From Candidatus Microgenomates bacterium (GTDB taxonomy: Bacteria > Patescibacteriota > Microgenomatia > JACPZF01): DNA of 43,831 nt. Within the stretch, counting starts at the first letter, position 1. Each line of letters opens with the position of its first letter. Both the position numbers and the translations under genes were made by a program. Location of the stretch: contig JACQHK010000047.1 in assembly GCA_016199065.1 (NCBI GenBank), positions 1-43,831 on the forward strand. The letters are read 5' to 3'. Below, piece by piece: positions 25,991 to 35,531 of the stretch. The notes under the pieces are model-generated. The model worked only from the letters and a program-made list of their open reading frames with translations. It was not told where the DNA came from and did no database searches.

Positions 25991-28900
25991 CTATCTCACC
26001 TCAAACCATCCTCCGTCGGAGTGGCCGGAGACATCGGGAGTGTACATTTGATAGGCAGAGGCTGGCGGATGATGATAGCGGCCGGGAGTTGTGGCGCGGA
26101 CTCTGTAGGTAAATTCATAAACTCCCGCAGGCAAATAGTCTGCAAATAAAGACGTTCGATCGTCGTGATATTCTTTGTGTTCAAAATACAAATTCCGGTC
26201 GCCTTTTTCTTTCAATTTGGGTGACTTGGCCGACAAAACACTGGAAGTTTTGAGACTTTCATTGACTGATTCCAAACCGGCCGGCAGGATATCTTCAATC
26301 ACCACAAAATGCCGTTCTTCCGGAGCAACGATAATCAACCTAACCCAGGCTTCGGAATTTTCAGGAAGCGACCCGCTCGGCAAAATATTACCTTTACTAT
26401 CAACCAGTTCTCTTACCACCACCATTCCTTGCTCCAACGGTTTGATTTCAGTAAACGGCAGGAAATATTTTAAGTTGACGTTGTAATACAGATTTCCTTC
26501 TCCGCTTTTGGCAAAAGTCAGAGAGTTTTCTGTGCCGATTTTTAATTGCGTAATACCCAGTGTCAAATCCTCCACACGCAACAAATCTTCTTTAACAAAT
26601 TTTCCTTCTTTGATTGTTTTTCCGTTTAACGAAAATCGATAATCTTCATTTAATTTTTCGTCGCCTTTTAACAACAGTTGCGTTGCAATAGTTTTAATTA
26701 CTGCTGCAGTATCTCTCGTTGATGCCCAATGACCATCACGTCTGGTAGTCATTAAATAACGAATCACTTCCGAAATTAAGGGATTGTTTTTGTTGTAAGA
26801 CATAATTGATTCTAAGACCGCAGCGGTGGCTGTGGTATTGCTACCCATGTAATAACCATAGTTTGTTTGCTGTTCCTCCCAGTGAGTAGTGGTCGCAGTT
26901 TTTTTGGCTAAAGAAATTAATTCGTCATTAAGTTTTTTACCTCTCCCAGAAGCTGTAGGAATTGCACTCATTGCCACTGCCAGGTTAGCCCGTGATTCTA
27001 AACTCATCTCAAAACGTCTGGTATAAAGATTTGAAGTATATGATGCCAAATTTACCCCGCTGTCTTTTAAGACATAAAGAATAAATGCTTGGGTGTTTAA
27101 TGAAGGCGGCGTGACTGAAGAAAGATGCTGCACTAAATAATCCCTGGCTTTAGTCAAAGTCTGATCAGCGACGCTGAACTTGTCTTTTTTAGCTTCAGAA
27201 AGACCAAGGTAAGCATAGGCTGTTACAAACGGGTCGCTTTGCAGTTCCGGCCACCAACCCCAACCGCCATCGGCATGCTGCTGACTGTTTAATCTTTGTA
27301 CGCCATCGCTAATAATCATCGTTAATTCTTTGGCGCTGATTAAACCGCTTTTTTCAATACCGGCTTTCGTAAAAACCCGGTTGGCAAAAACCGCCGGCAG
27401 GAAACGGCTGGTAATTTGTTCAACGCAGTTATAGGGGTAGTCAATTAAATAAGTTAAGGCATTAATACTGGCTGCTCCTAAAGAAGGAGAAAGTGAAATT
27501 GCCGCTGACCCCTGAGTTTTATCAACATCGTTTGGCAAAAGAATTTTTTCTTCTTTATTACCCTGGGAATTTCCGGCTGTGGCAACCGTCTCGGGAACCG
27601 AGTAGGATTTGACCGGCAATTTAATTTCTACAACGTCGCGGGTCACACCATCGCTTCCCGCAACTGAAATTTTTATTTTTGCTTCTTTTACGTCCTGTGC
27701 TTGAGTCTTCCAGGTTAATTTTGCCTGTGCGCCGTCAGCTAAAACTTGCTGTTTGGTGTTTGGTTCGTTGATCTTTATACCTTCAGTCTCGATTTTTACT
27801 GTCGTGTTTTGCTCTTCACCGCTGGTGTTGGCCACAATGGCTCCCAACTGGGCTTCGTCACCAACGGATAAAAATCTCGGTAAGAATGGTCTGATTAATA
27901 AATCCCTGCTGACAATCACTTCAGAAACTGCCGATCCAACCGCTGTGTCTTTGGAATTGGCAATGGCTCCCAGTCTCCAGGTTGTCAAATTGTCCGGCAG
28001 TTTAATTTGTACTGAGATTTTGCCGTTTTGATCAGTCGTTAAATTAGGATTCCAATAGGTGGTATCAGGGAAATTGACGCGGGAAGTATCATTTCCTCCG
28101 CCTTTTTGGTTATGAACATAAACGTCCTTGGCAAAATACGTGTGGTATTTTTCCGTTTCTAAATTGTATACGTCAAAGTCTTTTCCAAAAACATATTCCT
28201 TGGAAGTCACTTTTACTGGTTGATTATTTTTGTCTAATAAATAATCGCCTACCTGAATTTCTCCGGCAGTTTTCCACTCTCCGTTAACCAGCATCCTATG
28301 AACGGCAGTCACTTCGATTTCTCCGTTTAATATTAAATAGTCGTTGACCAAGTGTTTAAAAGTCTTGATAACTTTGGCTTCTACAAGTTTTGAGGAATTT
28401 TCCGATTCTCTGGTCAGAATCACGTCTCCTGTTTTAACGTCTTTAATAGATTTATAACTGTAATCTTTCATTAAGATCGGTGTTTCTGCAGTAAAACACC
28501 CGCCGCTGCCGCCCTTGGCTCCCAGGTTTAAATTGGCATTAATGCGGTCTAAAGAAATTGTTAAGAGTTGTGCCGTATCTACGTCTAAATTACGCGGCTG
28601 ATAAAAAGTTTTGTAAATATCGGCTAGTTCTATTTGTGCCAAATCCCAAACCGCCTTATCAACCAAACCAACTGCTAACTGGGTAGAAACCGGATGGCCT
28701 AATAGGTCCTTGGTTTGAATGGTAGCCTTTAAGGTTTCTTTAGGTTTATAGCGTTTTTTGTCAGTGGTGATAGCCACCTCAACTTGCTGTTTCTTGTCTG
28801 TTACTTTGATTTCGGTGTATCCCATCTTAAACTCCGGCGGTTTTTTAAGGTCGTTACCGCCCCTGACTAAAACTGCACTGATAAACGCATTGGGAGCAAA

Positions 28901-31900
28901 CTTGGGAGGAATAGCAATCGGGAAATTATTTGACGTGTCTGACGTATCAACCACCTGATAATCAAGAACATTCCCCCGCTCTGCAGTTAATAAAGTCTTT
29001 GCTGAATCAGTCGCAAAGGGCGTAGCCACGAAAACGGAAACTGTCTCGCCTACCAAATAATCTCTTTTGTCGGTAACCAGAACTATCCGGTCGTTGTTTT
29101 CCCTGGCCGTAGAAAATCCGTAGCCTGAGACCCACAGAAAACTACCACTAACGTTTTGTTTACCGTTCTTGTCAGAAACTCGGGCAACGACTTTAACAGT
29201 TCCCCCCTCAACAGGAGTAAAAGAGGCCTTTGCATAACCTAATCTATCAGTCGTAACTCTGGTGCTGATTAAAAGAGTATCTGTGGGTTTGGCAACGTAA
29301 TAAAATTCTCCGTCGTCAGTATTTTGTTCACGAACCGTTTCCCAGGTACGTTTGTAAAAGGAAACTTCAACAGGGGTCTCGGGAACTTCCAGACCTTTAA
29401 GATCAACCGTGACAATTTCTACCTGCACTTCTTTACCGCTTTGGTTAGCATACGAAACCGGATGAATACCGGCATAAATTTCTCCTTTATGAACTGTAAA
29501 ATCTGTCGAGGCGGCAATTGACTGATTACTGATGTCATTAACCACTGCTTCAACCCTCATTTTTTGACTGGTTTTATATTTGGCAATATCCAAAGGCAGA
29601 GAAAGCTCTAAATCACCTTTGGTGTTAGTAATACCCTTACCCTGAGTTACTTCTGTTCCGGAATAATAACTGGAACCAGAATAGTACCACCAGGGCCTGG
29701 ACCAATAAGAATCCGGGTCGCCAAATTCATATCGCCAGTCTTTGTCCCATCTAAAAGAATAATCCTCTGTTTGTAAGGTCCAGGTCACCGGAGCTTCAGT
29801 CACTGGTGCACCAAAATAATAAGAGGCGTTAATTGCGGCTTGGGCAATTTCACCTTGGGTATAGGCTGGTTTATTGGTAGTGACGGAAACTGCTAATTCA
29901 GGTTTACGATATTCTTCGACCTGAAACTGTTGAATAGATCCGTTACCTTTAAAATCCACACCCAATTCGTAATTACCCAAGCTGGCATTTTTGCTTAAAA
30001 CAAACTCACTCCAGAAAGAACCAAAGGAGTCGATCGGCAGGACCTGGGTAAAAATTGCCCGGTTTTGCGCATCGGTAATTTTTACGGTAACTTTTTCTCC
30101 GGGTTCCAGGTTTTGGTAAGCTCCGTCATTATCTTTTTTAATGACACCTTTAAAATAAACTTTTTGACCCGGACGGTAAATCGGGCGGTCCAATGTCAGA
30201 TAACTCTTGTAATTTTTTTCGGCATAATAATCGTTTCGTTCATTCGGATCATAATAAGAAGGTAATCCGAAATCATAACGGTTTATACCTTCGCTCCAGG
30301 CACTGGCAGCAACAACCGCATCATCATTGTTTTTACCAAACACAAAGAGATCGTTTTTCTGCAACAGATTTACTTCTTTTTGCCAAACACCATCCTGGTT
30401 AGAAACTCCCTCGGCTAATTTATTGTTGAACATATCTGCCAGCTCCAGTTTCATTCCGGGAATAACCTGCGCCGTTGACTGGTTAACAGACCAGGTAAAA
30501 ATCTGGTTATTGCTTTTTTTTACAGTTAAGGCTGATTTACTGACAATCATAACCATATTGTCATGAGCACCCTGGGGAATTTTTACCTCTAAAAAGTAAA
30601 ATCCCGCGGGAAGATTTTGGCTGTTTTGATCGGTTACTTTAGTTACCACCTGCACCGGAGTATTTAGATCGGCTTCGTAATTTTCGCTCCAGGAACGTAC
30701 TTTGGTTAATTTAGAAGTGTCGTAGTCCTGCCAATTGGCACAACCTACGTTTTGTCTTCCCTGACAATCATTACCATATCTTCTCCGATAAAGTTCCAAA
30801 AGATTTTCCCTGCTTAACCGATACAGCGAATAATCGACACGGTTAGTATTTACCACTTGTGTCACCACCCTGGGAATAATTTCCTGATTAAAAGAGGCAA
30901 AATAAGTTCCTGAGGGATAAATGCTGACGGCCGGTTTGTAGGGAGCGGTGGTAAAGGAAAAAGTGTAGGGCTTTCCGAGCGCTACTCCATATTGATCTTT
31001 AACGTTAGCACCGATTGTCACTTGGTATTCTTTCGAGGGTCCGAAATACGAACTTACGTAAAGTGAATTTTGGTTATTGTAGCTCGAAAAAGAAAAGTAA
31101 GGCTTGGTCGCAGGCTTGGGAATAATTGTCACATTATCGGCAAAGGAGTCCTCATCCATGGGAGTTTTAAAATAAACCTGCAGATTATAAAGTTCACCCG
31201 CAGTTGTTTTGGCTTTATTCTTAGGCTCTGTAGAGATTACTCCGGGAAAATCGGTGGTGGTAAAATTCCAATAATAATCATCTTCCAGACCATTCGGCCC
31301 GTCTGTGCTTTGGGCACCGTTTTTAACTACTGCTTCGTAATTTTCCAATCTGGCCAAAGGAGTTAACGGATAAAAACCCACCACCTTACCATTTACGACT
31401 ACTTTTCCGGGTATTTCCGTTTTGTTTTTATCCAAAACTTTAAAGGAATTAACCAAAGAGGAATACTCCATGTTCTGGGTAAAAAAGGCCGCAATTGAAG
31501 CAACTGGCGAAGCAAATCTTTCTCCTAAAGACGGTGAAACGTCTTCTACTCGGGGACGTGCACTGGAAAATTGCCACTGATAATTTTGTTTTAAGACACC
31601 TCCGTCTTGTGATTTAAGTCCGGAAAAAACAGTAACCTGGTAGGTCGTGGCTTTCTTAAATGGCAGGCTCGGCCGAAATTGATAAGAAGTAGTTCCCAAC
31701 CAACGTCCTTGACCAACGAGCGGCGGATTAATTTCGAAAGCCGGTTGTTTAACAGCACTATTGGTAGCTGTTGTTAAGGGTATCATCGGCCTATCGAAAA
31801 CCACCGTCACCGGAGTTAAATCTTCCAAGGCCTCGTTTTGCGGAGCTGCCAGAATAACCTTTGGCTCTCCGAGAGTCGAAAAATCAATGTTTTTAAAACC

Positions 31901-32653
31901 CACCATGGGTATAAAAAACTTCGAAAGAACCAGACCGTCAAATCCTACCTGGTAATGATTATCTCTTTGTAGAGGCTCTTGCGGAGTAAAAATTAGTTTC
32001 TGCTCACCCTCCCAGGAAAAACTGCCCGGAATCGGTGGTTTAATCCGAAAACTTTTTTCCGCTGTTTGTTTAATAACTTCTTTGTCAAAAATAACTTCGA
32101 TTTTGGTTTCTAAGGGATTTTCCAGGCTATTTTGACCGGGAAAACTCGTTAACACAACGGGTGGGTGAAAAAACGGACCGAACTTGAGCAATAAAAAAAT
32201 TATGAGAACGAGAAACAGAGGTAACCGGGCGATTCGCCATTTTTCTCCGGGAGTAGACGTTTGAAATTTGTTCCCCCAGGAAGATATTTTTTGGGTAAAA
32301 ACGTTTAAAAAGTAAAAAAATTTATCAATGACCAGGATTAAGTATTTTTTAACAAAGTCAGCAATCACCGACAAAAACTGTGGCTTTGTAAGAACTACAA
32401 CTATCACTGTACCGATAGCCAAAATGCCCACAATTAAGGCCTGCATGGTTAAAACCGGTCTTATCACCAACTGCTGTTGGATAAAGGTGTAAGCTTTCCA
32501 CAAAACGGTAATGCCGATTAAAACTATGGCCACCCAAAAGAAAATTTGATTTCGTAAGCGCCGGATTTTACTCAAAAGAGAAGCGGGATAAGATGACGAA
32601 GGAGGTAAGTCCCCGGCAGAAGGATTATTATTTAAGGAATCGTTTTCTGGCAC
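25991..32653 (-). CDS. membrane-anchored bacterial alpha-2-macroglobulin with N-terminal Ig-like (Big_5/SbsA-like) repeats and a Hint domain in the bait region
   Basis: DRPIYRPGQ (MG2), FQVEEYRKPE, R.NFPDT..W.P, LPDNLTTWR, thioester YPYNCVEQ (27416-27427), DGGWGWW, RATTPGRY..P; ~3 N-terminal TM segments; downstream of pbpC. Confidence 0.95.
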   Translation of the reverse strand: MPENDSLNNNPSAGDLPPSSSYPASLLSKIRRLRNQIFFWVAIVLIGITVLWKAYTFIQQQLVIRPVLTMQALIVGILAIGTVIVVVLTKPQFLSVIADFVKKYLILVIDKFFYFLNVFTQKISSWGNKFQTSTPGEKWRIARLPLFLVLIIFLLLKFGPFFHPPVVLTSFPGQNSLENPLETKIEVIFDKEVIKQTAEKSFRIKPPIPGSFSWEGEQKLIFTPQEPLQRDNHYQVGFDGLVLSKFFIPMVGFKNIDFSTLGEPKVILAAPQNEALEDLTPVTVVFDRPMIPLTTATNSAVKQPAFEINPPLVGQGRWLGTTSYQFRPSLPFKKATTYQVTVFSGLKSQDGGVLKQNYQWQFSSARPRVEDVSPSLGERFASPVASIAAFFTQNMEYSSLVNSFKVLDKNKTEIPGKVVVNGKVVGFYPLTPLARLENYEAVVKNGAQSTDGPNGLEDDYYWNFTTTDFPGVISTEPKNKAKTTAGELYNLQVYFKTPMDEDSFADNVTIIPKPATKPYFSFSSYNNQNSLYVSSYFGPSKEYQVTIGANVKDQYGVALGKPYTFSFTTAPYKPAVSIYPSGTYFASFNQEIIPRVVTQVVNTNRVDYSLYRLSRENLLELYRRRYGNDCQGRQNVGCANWQDYDTSKLTKVRSWSENYEADLNTPVQVVTKVTDQNSQNLPAGFYFLEVKIPQGAHDNMVMIVSKSALTVKKSNNQIFTWSVNQSTAQVIPGMKLELADMFNNKLAEGVSNQDGVWQKEVNLLQKNDLFVFGKNNDDAVVAASAWSEGINRYDFGLPSYYDPNERNDYYAEKNYKSYLTLDRPIYRPGQKVYFKGVIKKDNDGAYQNLEPGEKVTVKITDAQNRAIFTQVLPIDSFGSFWSEFVLSKNASLGNYELGVDFKGNGSIQQFQVEEYRKPELAVSVTTNKPAYTQGEIAQAAINASYYFGAPVTEAPVTWTLQTEDYSFRWDKDWRYEFGDPDSYWSRPWWYYSGSSYYSGTEVTQGKGITNTKGDLELSLPLDIAKYKTSQKMRVEAVVNDISNQSIAASTDFTVHKGEIYAGIHPVSYANQSGKEVQVEIVTVDLKGLEVPETPVEVSFYKRTWETVREQNTDDGEFYYVAKPTDTLLISTRVTTDRLGYAKASFTPVEGGTVKVVARVSDKNGKQNVSGSFLWVSGYGFSTARENNDRIVLVTDKRDYLVGETVSVFVATPFATDSAKTLLTAERGNVLDYQVVDTSDTSNNFPIAIPPKFAPNAFISAVLVRGGNDLKKPPEFKMGYTEIKVTDKKQQVEVAITTDKKRYKPKETLKATIQTKDLLGHPVSTQLAVGLVDKAVWDLAQIELADIYKTFYQPRNLDVDTAQLLTISLDRINANLNLGAKGGSGGCFTAETPILMKDYSYKSIKDVKTGDVILTRESENSSKLVEAKVIKTFKHLVNDYLILNGEIEVTAVHRMLVNGEWKTAGEIQVGDYLLDKNNQPVKVTSKEYVFGKDFDVYNLETEKYHTYFAKDVYVHNQKGGGNDTSRVNFPDTTYWNPNLTTDQNGKISVQIKLPDNLTTWRLGAIANSKDTAVGSAVSEVIVSRDLLIRPFLPRFLSVGDEAQLGAIVANTSGEEQNTTVKIETEGIKINEPNTKQQVLADGAQAKLTWKTQAQDVKEAKIKISVAGSDGVTRDVVEIKLPVKSYSVPETVATAGNSQGNKEEKILLPNDVDKTQGSAAISLSPSLGAASINALTYLIDYPYNCVEQITSRFLPAVFANRVFTKAGIEKSGLISAKELTMIISDGVQRLNSQQHADGGWGWWPELQSDPFVTAYAYLGLSEAKKDKFSVADQTLTKARDYLVQHLSSVTPPSLNTQAFILYVLKDSGVNLASYTSNLYTRRFEMSLESRANLAVAMSAIPTASGRGKKLNDELISLAKKTATTTHWEEQQTNYGYYMGSNTTATAAVLESIMSYNKNNPLISEVIRYLMTTRRDGHWASTRDTAAVIKTIATQLLLKGDEKLNEDYRFSLNGKTIKEGKFVKEDLLRVEDLTLGITQLKIGTENSLTFAKSGEGNLYYNVNLKYFLPFTEIKPLEQGMVVVRELVDSKGNILPSGSLPENSEAWVRLIIVAPEERHFVVIEDILPAGLESVNESLKTSSVLSAKSPKLKEKGDRNLYFEHKEYHDDRTSLFADYLPAGVYEFTYRVRATTPGRYHHPPASAYQMYTPDVSGHSDGGWFEVR
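28109..28498 (-). other. 130-aa Hint domain (mini-intein/BIL/pretoxin-HINT type), A2M residues 1386-1515
   Basis: Starts CFTAETPILM, block B EVTAVH, block F VYNLETEKYHTYFA, ends VHN; +1 residue is Gln; no endonuclease domain. Confidence 0.93.
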
Positions 32654-32735
32654 AAAAATTTTTTTTATAAAGCCTTTATACCTTAATTAAAACAACTCTA
32701 CCTGCTTAAATCAATTACGCAATTTAAGCTCTTTT

Positions 32736-35156
32736 TCAGAAACCTTCTTTGTAGTCAACGACCGAAAATTCTACATCCTCACTTTCCACCTTTTCACCGT
32801 TTCTCAATTGACCAACAGCTTTTACCCTGTGTTTCCCCTTTACTAATTTCCAGGAAGTACTAAAAGGAAAAGTCTTTGTTTCGGTATATTTCTTACCATT
32901 TACCAACCAGGTAACATTAGTAACAGCAGATGATACATTGGCTTCAAAAACAACGGCCTGATCGCTAACCAGCCAGGGAGCATTTTCAAAAACGGCCTTG
33001 GCCTTTGGATTGGTAATCGAGAGAAACGCTAAATCTCCCAAGCTGTCATCACTCTCGCAGAAGGGAGAATAATTATTGGGAATAAAAGGCTGGTCATTTT
33101 GTACAGCCCAACTGTAAACTTCGGAAGGATAATCGACCAGAACTTTTTCTGTCACAAATTCATTCGGACAGGAATCGTTGGCCAGCAGGTTGTTGCGTAA
33201 ATCGATTTTGACTTTTTTATGCAGTGTAGATATTACTCTGGGTTCAGTTTTATTAATAAATTTTTCAAAATATCGCTCAGGACAAAGATCATCGTAGAGC
33301 TGACCCGATAATTTACAAATCTCGATTTCTTTTATTCCTTCCGGTTTTATAAATTGTTCTTTCGGTTTGCCTTTTAAGAATTCTTCAAAAAACTGGTTCC
33401 ATAAAGGAGCCGCGCCTACCACACCGGTAATCTGTTTCATTGGATGATTGTCGTTATTCCCCATCCAAACTCCTACAGTAAAAGAAGGGGTGTATCCTAC
33501 TGTCCAGTTATCATGCCAGTCCGTAGTCGTTCCTGTTTTAACTGCTGCAGGACGGGACAAAACCAGCGGATTCTTTTCGCCAAAACCCAAAATCCTGGCT
33601 TTCGGATCAGATAAGATATCCGTAATTAAATAGGCGATTTGTTGATTTTGTTCTTCAAAAACCGGACGCGGTTTTTCTCTTTTATGTTGAAAAATAGTTT
33701 TTTCTTGGTCGGTGGTAATTTTTTCTATGGCATATGGAGGAAGAAATTGCCCTCCTCTGGCAAAGGAGGCATAAACATTTGTCAGATCAAGCAAAGTCAC
33801 TTCTCCTCCTCCCAGGGTAATAGCCAGATCATATCTTTCTTTTTGGGTAAAGGTGGTAATACCTAACTTCTCTGCCGTCTGTAAAAATTTTTCTAAGCCG
33901 ATGCGGTGCAAGATCTCCACAGCCGGAAGATTTAAGGAAGATGCTAAGGCTTCCCTGGCCAAAACCAACCCATGGTATCTGCCGTCATAATTATTGGGAG
34001 TAAATCCTTCGCCCTTTTTGGTTTTATAAACGGAAGGTACGTCATAAATTAAAGTTGCCGGAGTAAAACCCTGGCTAAAAGCCGCAGCATAAGTAACGGG
34101 TTTTAGTGCCGATCCGGGTTGGCGCAGAGCCGTTGTTAAATTTACTTCACCGGAATTAGTAGCGTCAAAATAATCAATTCCTCCCAGCATGTTGAGAATT
34201 TCACCCGTTTTGTTATTGATTAACACCAAAGAGCCATTACTTAAGTTGTGTTGTGTTTTTAACCGTTCAATCCAAAGTCGTGCCAAGTCCTGGCTCAATT
34301 TAAAAACCGGATAATCAAGAGTGGTATAAACATTAAAACCGTTCGTGTTTTTTATTCCCATTTTGTCTATTTCTTCTAATACGAAATGAACGAAATGGGG
34401 GGCCTTTATATTATTATTAATAGGGGTAAAAACCAGAGGTTCAAGTTTTGCTTCTGTCACTTCTTCTTTTTTTAGCAGGTCGTTTTCGTATAACAGATTC
34501 AAAACATATTCCTGACGTTTCTTGGCTGCGGAAAAGTTTGTGTAAGGATTTCTTTTCTCCGGTGACGAAATCAGTCCGGCCAAAAATGCGCTTTCGGCGA
34601 CCGATAATTGACTGGCGTCTTTTCCGAAATATAAAATCGAAGCCGCCTGAACACCGTAGGTTAGATTACCAAAATACATTTGATTGAGATATTTAGTCAA
34701 AATATCTTTTTTCGAATGTGTCACAGAAATTCTTAAGGCCATCAGAATTTCTCGAATCTTGCGCAGAAAACTCCGTTTTGAGATTTTTCCGGGAGAAATA
34801 ACCGAGGCCCTGGCTAACTGTTGGGTAATCGTACTGGCACCGCTGACAATTTTTCCTTCTTTTAGATTTAAATAAAGAGATCGGGTGATGGCAGAAAAAT
34901 CCACGCCCGGATTGTGCCAAAAACTTTGATCCTCAGAAACAATTACAGCCTCGATTAAGTGTTGAGGAAATCTCTCATAAGTTACTGTTTGCTTACTGCC
35001 GATTATCCCAGCTTGCTCATAAAGTAAGATATTATTTCTGTCCCAGATTTTAATCGTTCCTGACTTGTCAAAGTTAGGATAAGTCCAGAAATAAAGAAAA
35101 ATTAATAGAAGAAAAAATAGAAGAGGGATTTTGATCCGGAAAAATTTGGTAAGCAT
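32736..35156 (-). CDS. pbpC: penicillin-binding protein 1C (transglycosylase/transpeptidase with C-terminal Ig-like domain)
   Basis: EDQSF..PGVD, GASTITQQLAR, RKIRE; GSALKP (SxxK), SLN, KTGT; canonical partner of bacterial A2M. Confidence 0.9.
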   Translation of the reverse strand: MLTKFFRIKIPLLFFLLLIFLYFWTYPNFDKSGTIKIWDRNNILLYEQAGIIGSKQTVTYERFPQHLIEAVIVSEDQSFWHNPGVDFSAITRSLYLNLKEGKIVSGASTITQQLARASVISPGKISKRSFLRKIREILMALRISVTHSKKDILTKYLNQMYFGNLTYGVQAASILYFGKDASQLSVAESAFLAGLISSPEKRNPYTNFSAAKKRQEYVLNLLYENDLLKKEEVTEAKLEPLVFTPINNNIKAPHFVHFVLEEIDKMGIKNTNGFNVYTTLDYPVFKLSQDLARLWIERLKTQHNLSNGSLVLINNKTGEILNMLGGIDYFDATNSGEVNLTTALRQPGSALKPVTYAAAFSQGFTPATLIYDVPSVYKTKKGEGFTPNNYDGRYHGLVLAREALASSLNLPAVEILHRIGLEKFLQTAEKLGITTFTQKERYDLAITLGGGEVTLLDLTNVYASFARGGQFLPPYAIEKITTDQEKTIFQHKREKPRPVFEEQNQQIAYLITDILSDPKARILGFGEKNPLVLSRPAAVKTGTTTDWHDNWTVGYTPSFTVGVWMGNNDNHPMKQITGVVGAAPLWNQFFEEFLKGKPKEQFIKPEGIKEIEICKLSGQLYDDLCPERYFEKFINKTEPRVISTLHKKVKIDLRNNLLANDSCPNEFVTEKVLVDYPSEVYSWAVQNDQPFIPNNYSPFCESDDSLGDLAFLSITNPKAKAVFENAPWLVSDQAVVFEANVSSAVTNVTWLVNGKKYTETKTFPFSTSWKLVKGKHRVKAVGQLRNGEKVESEDVEFSVVDYKEGF

Positions 35157-35176
35157 AAAATCATTATCTCACCAAA

Positions 35177-35530
35177 TCATCCAGCACAAATACCGTTGGG
35201 CACCGGTTTTTCCGGCATAGCCAGTACGGGAATCAGGTCATTAGCATAACCAATATCAAAAATCATTCCTTCGGAATACTCATCCATCATCTTGCGCGGC
35301 TCAAGATTTACCACAAACAAAGCTTGTTTCCCCTTAATTTCTTTTGGATTTTCCCGCTCTTTTTTCATTCCCACCAGGATTTTTCTGGTAAAGTCTCCGA
35401 AATTTACTGTCAGACGAACTAATTTGTCAGATTTTTCTACATCTTCAACTTTTTCAATTGTCTCCACGCGGATGTCAATTTTTTCCAAATCGGAAAATTT
35501 GATGGTTGGTTTAACCGGTAAGTTTTTCAT
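35177..35530 (-). CDS. tRNA-binding OB-fold protein (CsaA/Trbp111/MetRS C-terminal-like)
   Basis: DIRV..I..VE....SDKL..L.V.FG, NLEPRKM...SEGM. Confidence 0.88.
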   Translation of the reverse strand: MKNLPVKPTIKFSDLEKIDIRVETIEKVEDVEKSDKLVRLTVNFGDFTRKILVGMKKERENPKEIKGKQALFVVNLEPRKMMDEYSEGMIFDIGYANDLIPVLAMPEKPVPNGICAG

Positions 35531-35531
35531 T

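Noticed and set aside
25813-26029. Diversity-generating retroelement TR/VR pair (repeat of a gene 3' end plus downstream hairpin)
   Set aside because: Differences are not adenine-specific on the coding strand (4 T/C, 1 A/C, 1 G/A, 1 A/G; 6 of 7 at third positions), the repeat is only 39 bp, and no reverse transcriptase is in the window.
28109-28498. Canonical selfish intein
   Set aside because: No homing endonuclease, +1 is Gln rather than Cys/Ser/Thr, and it sits in a variable linker of an exported protein; treated as BIL/pretoxin-HINT-like.
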